Source: an uncultured Gammaproteobacteria bacterium
GTDB taxonomy: Bacteria; Patescibacteriota; Microgenomatia; Levybacterales; UBA12049
Length of the DNA stretch: 64,000 nucleotides
Reading direction: 5' to 3'
NCBI GenBank assembly: GCA_964457465.1
Contig: CAYWEJ010000002.1
Location: 15-64,014, forward strand
Under the pieces are notes generated by a model. The model did not search any database. It was not told where the DNA came from and worked only from the letters and a program-made list of their open reading frames with translations. Each line of letters begins with the position of its first letter. The stretch's first letter is position 1. This document shows, piece after piece, positions 29,548-36,707 of this stretch. The position numbers and the translations under genes were made by a program.

Positions 29548-30066
29548 TCCCGCTGCTACAAAAGCTGCCAGCGTAGCATTAGCTCGCCATTCTCCTTGAG
29601 AAATCTCAGATTTCAATTTTGAAAGAGATATAACCCGTTGCGAAAGACTCTCATTACTTTCAAGTTTTATTGGTTGTGTTTTAGTTACGCCAACTGCTTT
29701 TATAAAATGAACTCTGTGAGAGTCTTTGGTGGGATAATCATAATACTCCCCAAGATATTGCCAGTCCCCTCCGGTATAGCCTGTTTCTTCAGCGAGCTCT
29801 CTTTTTGCTGACTCAATTGGTTCCTCATTTTTTTCTATATGTCCAGCAGGGAGAGTGTGGATAGTTGTATCGATAGCATATTTGTATTCATCAATGGTTA
29901 CAATATTATTTTCTGCGTCGATTGCAACTATCATTGAGAAGCTGGGTTTTTCAATAACTGAATAGTCAGGGATAATACTTCCATTTGGAAGTTCTACTTT
30001 ATCTTCATAAACTTTAAGAAATGTAGTGTCGATAACTACTTTACGATTGAGTCTTTTCCATGACAT
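29536..30066 (-). CDS. NUDIX hydrolase, ADP-ribose pyrophosphatase-like
   Basis: Nudix box PAGHIEKNEEPIESAKRELAEETGY. Confidence 0.85.
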   Translation of the reverse strand: MSWKRLNRKVVIDTTFLKVYEDKVELPNGSIIPDYSVIEKPSFSMIVAIDAENNIVTIDEYKYAIDTTIHTLPAGHIEKNEEPIESAKRELAEETGYTGGDWQYLGEYYDYPTKDSHRVHFIKAVGVTKTQPIKLESNESLSQRVISLSKLKSEISQGEWRANATLAAFVAAGLLS

Positions 30067-30088
30067 ACGTGGAGTATAGCATGCTTTG

Positions 30089-30159
30089 TCGGGGATCGGA
30101 GAATTGAACTCCGGTCACACGGACCCCATCCGCGCATTCTACCGTTAAACTAATCCCCG
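30089..30159 (-). tRNA. tRNA-Pro, anticodon GGG
   Basis: Hand-folded cloverleaf. Acceptor CGGGGAT/ATCCCCG with an A73 discriminator. T-arm CGGAG-TTCAATT-CTCCG. Anticodon stem CGCGG/CCGTG with loop ATGGGGT. CCA is not encoded. Confidence 0.7.
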
Positions 30160-30256
30160 GATTTTTGGTCAAATGATTGTATCAGAGCATTATACTATTT
30201 CCAATAAGTCGTCATTGTTAAAAGATAGCTGATACAGATTGCAATAGTATGACTTC

Positions 30257-30285
30257 TTGTAAAAAATACGAAAGATATTTATTAT
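30257..30285 (+). promoter_or_regulatory. sigma70-like promoter for recA (TTGTAA-17-TATTAT)
   Basis: TTGTAA at 30257-30262, a 17-nt spacer, TATTAT at 30280-30285. No obvious LexA/SOS box. Confidence 0.4.
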
Positions 30286-30296
30286 AGTTTCACACT

Positions 30297-31409
30297 ATGG
30301 CACGTTCCTCAAATACCGCTAAGTCCTCTGCAGTAATAAAACCTCAGGCCGATAGCGCTCAAAAATTAGAATCTATAAGAATAGCAATGGAGCAAATCGA
30401 AAAGCAATATGGTAGAGGTTCGATTATGCGTTTTGGTGAAGCAGCAGGAAAACTTGATATATCAGTTGTTTCAACAGGGTGTCTTCCTCTCGATCTTGCG
30501 CTTGGAGTTGGTGGACTTCCACGGGGAAGAATTATTGAGATATATGGTCCAGAGGCATCAGGCAAAACAACGGTTTGTCTTTCAACAATCGCTCAGGCTC
30601 AAAAACACGGTGGTATCGTAGCATTTATCGATGCTGAGCATGCACTTGATCCATTATGGGCTGAGAGAATTGGAGTCAAACTTGATGAATTGTTAATATC
30701 TCAACCTGATACAGGAGAGCAAGCACTTGAGATTGCAGAGAGCTTGGTGAGAAGTGGTGGAGTAGACGTATTAGTAATTGATTCAGTTGCAGCACTCGTT
30801 CCACGCGCTGAAATCGAAGGAGAGATGGGTGATGCTGTTGTCGGGCTGCAGGCGAGACTGATGTCGCAAGCGCTTCGAAAGTTAACTGCGGTTATTTCAA
30901 AATCAAAAACAGTGGTGATTTTTACTAATCAACTTCGACAAAAAATCGGTGTAATGTTTGGTAATCCAGAAACAACGACAGGTGGCCTTGCGCTTAAGTT
31001 TTATGCATCAGTTCGTATGGATATTCGAAAAATTGAGACAATTAAAGATGGCGATAAAGCAATTGGTTCTCGCCATAGAGTAAAAGTTGTTAAAAACAAA
31101 GTTTCAACCCCATTTAGAATAGCAGAGTTTGATGTTTTTGCAGGAGGAATTTCGCGAGAAGGTGGTATTTTAGATGTGGGTGTTGAGATGAATGTTATTA
31201 CAAAATCAGGAGCATTTTTCAGATACAATGAGCAGTTGATTGGTCAAGGGAAAGCTGCGGCAATTGATTGGTTGAAAGAAAATCAAGACCAAACAAAAAA
31301 GATTGTTCAAGAAATTATGGCAAGAAGTAAAGATGGTGGCATGCCGGTTGAGGTAGGCGTAGAAGAAGATGAAGATAGTGACGGTGAAGAAACCGAAGTT
31401 ACCCCATAG
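30297..31409 (+). CDS. recA: Recombinase RecA
   Basis: 370 aa. GPEASGKTT Walker A, the L1/L2 loops and an acidic C-terminus. Confidence 0.97.
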   Translation: MARSSNTAKSSAVIKPQADSAQKLESIRIAMEQIEKQYGRGSIMRFGEAAGKLDISVVSTGCLPLDLALGVGGLPRGRIIEIYGPEASGKTTVCLSTIAQAQKHGGIVAFIDAEHALDPLWAERIGVKLDELLISQPDTGEQALEIAESLVRSGGVDVLVIDSVAALVPRAEIEGEMGDAVVGLQARLMSQALRKLTAVISKSKTVVIFTNQLRQKIGVMFGNPETTTGGLALKFYASVRMDIRKIETIKDGDKAIGSRHRVKVVKNKVSTPFRIAEFDVFAGGISREGGILDVGVEMNVITKSGAFFRYNEQLIGQGKAAAIDWLKENQDQTKKIVQEIMARSKDGGMPVEVGVEEDEDSDGEETEVTP

Positions 31410-31414
31410 GCTTC

Positions 31415-31897
31415 ATGGATTCATTTGAGAAATATTACACTGCGGCGATCAATTATTTAGCAAGAAGGCCAAGGTCAAGCAAAGAAATTCGTGACAATCT
31501 TTTCAAGAAAAAAGCACCTCATGAAGTAGTTGATCAGATACTTGCAAAGCTCCGGGAGCAAAAATTTCAAAGTGATCTTGACTTTGCACGGTGGTGGATT
31601 GAGCAAAGAACAAGATTTCGAGTAAAAGCGGACAGAGTAATTAAGATGGAACTTCGAGGAAAAGGGGTAGCTGATGATATTATCTCAGCTGCATTTTCTA
31701 GAGATAGCGAAGTGTTGAAGGCTGATAAAGATAAGGCACGTATGCTTTTGCAAAAACATAAAAAAAGATTCGAAAAACTTTCAGGGAAAGAAAGAGATAA
31801 TAAAATCGGAGGCTTTTTATCTCGACGAGGCTTTGGTTGGGATGAAATTAGAGAAGCAATTGACGATGTATTTGAAAGAGATTATAATACAGACTAA
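31415..31897 (+). CDS. recX: RecA regulator RecX
   Basis: 160 aa with three-helix repeats. Immediately downstream of recA. Confidence 0.85.
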   Translation: MDSFEKYYTAAINYLARRPRSSKEIRDNLFKKKAPHEVVDQILAKLREQKFQSDLDFARWWIEQRTRFRVKADRVIKMELRGKGVADDIISAAFSRDSEVLKADKDKARMLLQKHKKRFEKLSGKERDNKIGGFLSRRGFGWDEIREAIDDVFERDYNTD

Positions 31898-32004
31898 GAA
31901 CAGCAGGAAGTCTGTTGCGATTCGTGGATATGAAAATTAGCTCATACTCACAATTTGTAATCTAAAGGGGCTTAGGTGCCTTATCTCCTGTTGCTTCAGT
32001 ATAT

Positions 32005-33276
32005 ATGTCAGACTCACACCAGCAAGATCTACTTGCATTAGAGAAAAAATTATTAGAACGTCAAGAAAAGCTTGAAGCAAAACAAGAGCAACTTGATGCT
32101 GAAAAAGATGCGCTCGAGCAAAAGAGAGAAAGTTATGTCTCAAAACTTGAGAGCGTTTCTGGACTTACTCGAGAAGAAGCAAGAAAAATCCTTATTGAAG
32201 AAACAGAAAAAGATGCCTCTGCAATGATTGCTAAGATCATCAAAGAAAAGGAAGAAGAAGCAAAAGCTACTGCAGATCAAAAATCTCGTGAAATTCTTGT
32301 TGACTCTATGCGTCATGGCGCTCTTGATTATATAGCTGAATATACGGTCTCTGTGGTAAAAGTTGCAGATGAGGAGATGAAGGGGCGAATCATTGGTAAA
32401 GAAGGGCGTAACATTAGAGCATTCGAGCAAGCAACGGGTGTTGACGTGGACTTGGACGAAGAAGGTGTCATAAGATTATCATCATTTGATAGTGTTCGCA
32501 GAGAGGTTGCAAGACAGTCACTGGAAAAATTACTTAAAGACACGCGTATTCAGCCATTTCGTATTGAAGAAATAGTAGAGCAGACACGCAAAGAGCTCGA
32601 AAAAATTATGCTTGATGAAGGTCAGAAACTCGCAGCAGAAGTAGGAGTCTACAATCTTCCTTCAGAAATTTACCAAACCTTAGGTAGATTTAAATTCAGA
32701 ACTTCTTTTGGTCAAAATCTTGTTGTTCATACTCTCGAAGAAACAAAGATTGGTATTCAAATCGCTTCAGAAATAGGAGCTGATGTAAATGTTGTAAGGC
32801 TTGGTTGTCTTTTTCATGATATCGGTAAAGTAGTTGAAGGGGAAGGAAGTCACGTTAAGCTGGGAGTTGAGTATCTTAATCGCTTTAATCTCCCAGAGAC
32901 AGTTGTTAATTGTGTAGCAGAGCATCACGAAGACAAGCCATTCTCTTCAGTAGAGTCAGTTATTGTTCATATCGCAGATGCAATTTCAGGAGCTCGTCCC
33001 GGTGCTCGTTTTGAAGACATAGAAAACTACGCGAAGAGGCTTAAAGAGATGGAAGAGATTGCAAAACGTTATGAAGGCGTAGAGGATGCTTATGCATTTG
33101 AGGCTGGAAGAGAGCTTCGCGTCATTATAAATCCTGGAAAGCTTGATGATTCACAGACGATAATCTTGTCAAAGAAAATTCAGGAAGAAGTAAGTAGGGC
33201 CTTAGCCGTGCCAGGCGAGGTAAAAGTTACGGCCATCCGTGAATTCCGGTCAGTATACCCAGAGCATACAATCTAA
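32005..33276 (+). CDS. rny: Ribonuclease Y; no N-terminal TM helix in this ORF
   Basis: Coiled coil, KH domain (GRIIGKEGRNIRAFEQATG) and HD domain (LFHDIGK). Confidence 0.88.
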   Translation: MSDSHQQDLLALEKKLLERQEKLEAKQEQLDAEKDALEQKRESYVSKLESVSGLTREEARKILIEETEKDASAMIAKIIKEKEEEAKATADQKSREILVDSMRHGALDYIAEYTVSVVKVADEEMKGRIIGKEGRNIRAFEQATGVDVDLDEEGVIRLSSFDSVRREVARQSLEKLLKDTRIQPFRIEEIVEQTRKELEKIMLDEGQKLAAEVGVYNLPSEIYQTLGRFKFRTSFGQNLVVHTLEETKIGIQIASEIGADVNVVRLGCLFHDIGKVVEGEGSHVKLGVEYLNRFNLPETVVNCVAEHHEDKPFSSVESVIVHIADAISGARPGARFEDIENYAKRLKEMEEIAKRYEGVEDAYAFEAGRELRVIINPGKLDDSQTIILSKKIQEEVSRALAVPGEVKVTAIREFRSVYPEHTI

Positions 33277-33380
33277 ACTCTTCTATTAGCTTGATATAGC
33301 AAAATAATCTCTTGACAAGGTTTGGATTTCCCTGTACCTTAGATCTAAACACGATTTTCCGTTTTTTAAAATAAAGGGAG

Positions 33381-33662
33381 GTGATTTCTCTGACTAAGAA
33401 AGATCTGATTGAAATTGTAGCAAAAAAATCAAACCTTACAAACAAAGCTGCTCGCGATTCTGTACAAACAACACTTAATACTATTAGAGACTCTTTGAAA
33501 AGAGGCGAGAAAGTGGTACTTACCGGATTTGGAACATTTAGTGTTCGAAGTAGAGCTCAAAGAGTGGGTCGCAACCCAAAGACTGGAGAAAGAATTACAT
33601 TAGCAGCACGAAAAGCTCCTGGATTTACACCGGGAAAGACGTTCAAAAAAGCAATAAGATAA
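33381..33662 (+). CDS. hup: DNA-binding protein HU
   Basis: 93 aa, ...GFGTFSVRSRAQRVGRNPKTGERITL... The start codon is uncertain: a GTG sits directly on the RBS. Confidence 0.9.
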   Translation: MISLTKKDLIEIVAKKSNLTNKAARDSVQTTLNTIRDSLKRGEKVVLTGFGTFSVRSRAQRVGRNPKTGERITLAARKAPGFTPGKTFKKAIR

Positions 33663-33681
33663 TGCTTTTTATATTCAAAAT

Positions 33682-33718
33682 GAGGGAGTTCCGCACTGCG
33701 GGATTGCCTCTTTTTGTT
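33682..33718 (+). terminator. Intrinsic terminator after hup
   Basis: GAGG-gagtt-CCGC-act-GCGG-gattg-CCTC compound hairpin followed by TTTTTGTT. Confidence 0.6.
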
Positions 33719-34715
33719 ATATAATCAGAAAATGAATATTATTACTCTTGATCATCTTTCAAAATATTACCAGATACATAAGAAAGAACCTGGTCTTGTT
33801 GGAGCAATAAAGTCACTTTTTTTTAGGAAATACGAGATTGTAAAAGCCGTGGACGATATCTCATTTTCTATAAATGAAGGCGAAGTAATAGGGTTTATTG
33901 GACCAAACGGGGCTGGTAAAACAACCACTTTAAAGTGTCTTTCGGGGCTACTTTATCCGACAAAAGGGAAAATATCTGTTTTAGGCTCCTCCCCTTTTGA
34001 CAGAGATCCAAAATTTCTCAAACAGATATCTCTTGTTATGGGACAGAAAAATCAATTGTGGTGGGATTTACCCGCCATGGATACATTCTTACTAAATAAA
34101 GAGATTTATGGAGTTCAGAATGAAAATTTTGAAAAAGTAATTAACGACCTTTCTGAAAGACTTGCTGTAAAAGATGTTCTTCACGTTCCTGTGAGGAAGT
34201 TATCCCTTGGTCAAAGAATGAAGATGGAGTTAATCGCATCACTTATCCACTCACCTAAGGTCCTATTCCTTGATGAGCCGACAATTGGACTCGATGTAGT
34301 TATGCAAAAAACAATCAGAGAGTTTTTGAAAGAATACAACGAAGCATATAAGGCAACAATTATTTTGACATCTCATTATATGGGTGATGTTGAGGCTTTG
34401 TGTAAGAGGGTAATTGTTATCAACTTTGGCAAGATTCTTTATGATGGTTTGTTAAATGATTTAGTAAAAAAACATGCTCCACACAAGATTATAAAGATTA
34501 TATTGTCTAAGAAAATAGATGAGAAAGAGCTAAAATCTTTTGGAGAAACAAAGTCTTATTCTTATCCAGAGTGGGAGGTCATTATAGATCATAAAAATGT
34601 AAATAATGTAGCATCAAAGATCCTTAAGCAACTTCCTGTAGAGGATATCATTATTGAGGATCCTCAGATAGAAGACGTAATTGCAGGTTTTTTTACAGAG
34701 CACAAAAGCAAGTAG
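33714..34715 (+). CDS. ABC transporter ATP-binding protein (ABC-2 exporter type)
   Basis: Walker A GPNGAGKTT, signature LSLGQ, Walker B LFLDEP. The start is more likely the ATG at 33732 (MNIITLD). Confidence 0.9.
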   Translation: MLYNQKMNIITLDHLSKYYQIHKKEPGLVGAIKSLFFRKYEIVKAVDDISFSINEGEVIGFIGPNGAGKTTTLKCLSGLLYPTKGKISVLGSSPFDRDPKFLKQISLVMGQKNQLWWDLPAMDTFLLNKEIYGVQNENFEKVINDLSERLAVKDVLHVPVRKLSLGQRMKMELIASLIHSPKVLFLDEPTIGLDVVMQKTIREFLKEYNEAYKATIILTSHYMGDVEALCKRVIVINFGKILYDGLLNDLVKKHAPHKIIKIILSKKIDEKELKSFGETKSYSYPEWEVIIDHKNVNNVASKILKQLPVEDIIIEDPQIEDVIAGFFTEHKSK

Positions 34716-34727
34716 CATTTACCTTCT

Positions 34728-35522
34728 ATGAGAGCATATTGGAGAGTTACTAAAAATACATGGTCTGAAGTACTTGCTTATAGAGCTAGTTTTCTTTTGT
34801 TTCGTGCAAGAGAGTTGCTCCAGCTTTTTTCTACTTACTTTATTTGGTTTTACATAACTTCTCAAAATAGTACATTTTATGGATACACCCAGTCTGCAAT
34901 GCTGAGTTATATCTTCATCGGTGCATTTGTAAACGACGTTATTTTTTCTACCAGAACAACTGCTATTGCAACTGAAATAAACGAAGGTGCTCTGTCAAAT
35001 TTTTTGGTTAAACCTATGTCATATTTAAAGTATCATTTTTGGAGAGACTTTGGAGATAAGGCAATGAACATTGTTTTTGCACTTGGTGAGCTGAGCTTGT
35101 TCTATGTATTATTTAACCCGCCACTAATTTTTCAATTTAACTTTATACCGATATTTTTTTTCATAGTAAGCTTGATTTTAGGAATTGTTCTTTATTTTTT
35201 CATAAGCATTATTATTGCCTTTATTGGTTTTTGGAGCAATGAGGGATGGGGACCAAGATTTATTTTCTATCAATCAGTAGGATTTTTTTCGGGTAGCCTG
35301 TTGCCTCTTGATATCTTGCCTAAGCCTATTTATTCCTTTTTTCAATTGCTACCTTTTTCTTATCTAACATTTTTTCCTACGAAGTTATACCTTAACCAAA
35401 TTACATTCCCTGATATCATGAAAGGTTTTTTAATAGAGCTTATATGGATTATAGTTATGAGCAAAGTAGCCCTTCTTATTTGGAAAAAAGGGTTGAAAAC
35501 ATATACTGCGCAAGGAATATGA
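34728..35522 (+). CDS. ABC-2 family transporter permease
   Basis: 264 aa with six hydrophobic segments. Translationally coupled to the ATPase. Confidence 0.7.
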   Translation: MRAYWRVTKNTWSEVLAYRASFLLFRARELLQLFSTYFIWFYITSQNSTFYGYTQSAMLSYIFIGAFVNDVIFSTRTTAIATEINEGALSNFLVKPMSYLKYHFWRDFGDKAMNIVFALGELSLFYVLFNPPLIFQFNFIPIFFFIVSLILGIVLYFFISIIIAFIGFWSNEGWGPRFIFYQSVGFFSGSLLPLDILPKPIYSFFQLLPFSYLTFFPTKLYLNQITFPDIMKGFLIELIWIIVMSKVALLIWKKGLKTYTAQGI

Positions 35523-36301
35523 AAAGATATGTTGCATTATGGTTTAGGGTCACGATTCAAACAACTCAAGTAGCATTTGCCTCAAGACTTGGTGTTACAC
35601 TCTTTACGTTTGGTAAGATAGTTAGATTTATAACATTTGTTTTTTTTCTTTTTGTAATAACTTCTAAGACGAATTCCCTTGCTGGATATACCCTTTGGCA
35701 AATTATTCTCTTTTTTCTTACATTTAACATAATTGACGTGATCTCTCAATTTTTATGGAGAGATGTGTATAGATTCAGAAGTTATATCGTCACAGGTAAT
35801 TTTGATATGATCTTAACAAAGCCCATCTCGCCTTTATTTAGAGCTCTTTTTGGCGGAAGCGACATATTGGATCTTATTACGCTTATACCATTGTTGTTAT
35901 TTCTTACCTATGTAATATCTCATCTTGGGAATGTAAATGCGATAAATATTCTTTTATATATTATTTTGATAATTAATGGGTTAACTATTGCGTTGGCATT
36001 GCACATATTTGTCCTGTCTCTTGGCGTTATAACAACTGAGGTTGATAATGCAATTTGGATGGTACGGGAGATATTGCAGCTAGGGCGTTTTCCAGTTAAA
36101 GTTTATCCTCATCCAATAAGCTTTATGTTCACATATATTCTGCCAATTGCTGCATTAGTAACAATTCCTTCACATGCGCTTATGGGAATCATTTCTGTTG
36201 AGGGTGTTATTTTGTGTTTGTTTTTTAGTGTCTTATTCCTAAGTCTTAGTATGTGGTGTTGGAGAAAAGCCCTAAAAGGGTATGCTAGTGCAAGTAGTTA
36301 A
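35519..36301 (+). CDS. ABC-2 family transporter permease, second subunit
   Basis: Start at the ATG at 35519, forming an ATGA overlap with the upstream stop. Multi-TM. Confidence 0.7.
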   Translation: MKRYVALWFRVTIQTTQVAFASRLGVTLFTFGKIVRFITFVFFLFVITSKTNSLAGYTLWQIILFFLTFNIIDVISQFLWRDVYRFRSYIVTGNFDMILTKPISPLFRALFGGSDILDLITLIPLLLFLTYVISHLGNVNAINILLYIILIINGLTIALALHIFVLSLGVITTEVDNAIWMVREILQLGRFPVKVYPHPISFMFTYILPIAALVTIPSHALMGIISVEGVILCLFFSVLFLSLSMWCWRKALKGYASASS

Positions 36302-36310
36302 TATTGATCA

Positions 36311-36671
36311 GGAAGGTAATAAGCCAGATTCTGTTGCTCGCATAAACAAGATTATGCAAGTGACCACAATCTATCTCTTGGTGACGTTTGTCACGTAGTC
36401 CCGCTTTAGGCGGGATGCCTTCGTTCTTTACTGCTCCTGTATACAAGTGATATCGCAGAATTCGGAAGTTGCAGCAGGGAGGATTACCCGTTTCAGATCC
36501 ACTCGTTTCTGTTGTTCTCAAGTCTTGTCATTTCAAGACCTGTTTCATATATCATATGTGGAGAAAATATATGAACACTAGCTATTACTAGTTGGAGCTT
36601 ACGCTCCATCCCTGGTATAACATCTGTCTGGACTTTCCTGTCCGTTTTACCGGACTAGTGATCCACCTTCC
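36311..36671 (-). ncRNA. rnpB: RNase P RNA, bacterial type A-like and A/U-rich
   Basis: Minus-strand transcript. P1 GGAAGGU pairs with ACCUUCC at the ends. A P3 hairpin GUCCG-GUAAAAC-CGGAC. CR-I AGGAAAGUCCAGAC. CR-V ACAGAAUCUGGCUUAU. P4 pairing GUCCAGA/UCUGGCUU shows covariation relative to E. coli GUCCGGG/CCCGGCUU. GC content is locally elevated. Confidence 0.75.
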
Positions 36672-36707
36672 TGATATACATAGTATACCACAAATAATAC
36701 TATAAGA

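Noticed and set aside
30160-30296. Possible LexA/SOS box or integrase-associated att repeat between tRNA-Pro and recA
   Set aside because: Only a weak 8-bp inverted repeat (TGTATCAG...CTGATACA, about 55 bp apart) was found. There is no CGAACn4GTTCG or CTGTn8ACAG motif, no integrase gene, and no duplicated tRNA 3' end within the window.
36285-36521. 78-aa minus-strand ORF in the permease-helicase gap
   Set aside because: It overlaps the region that folds as RNase P RNA (CR-I, CR-V, P1 and P4 pairing). No RBS and no homology.
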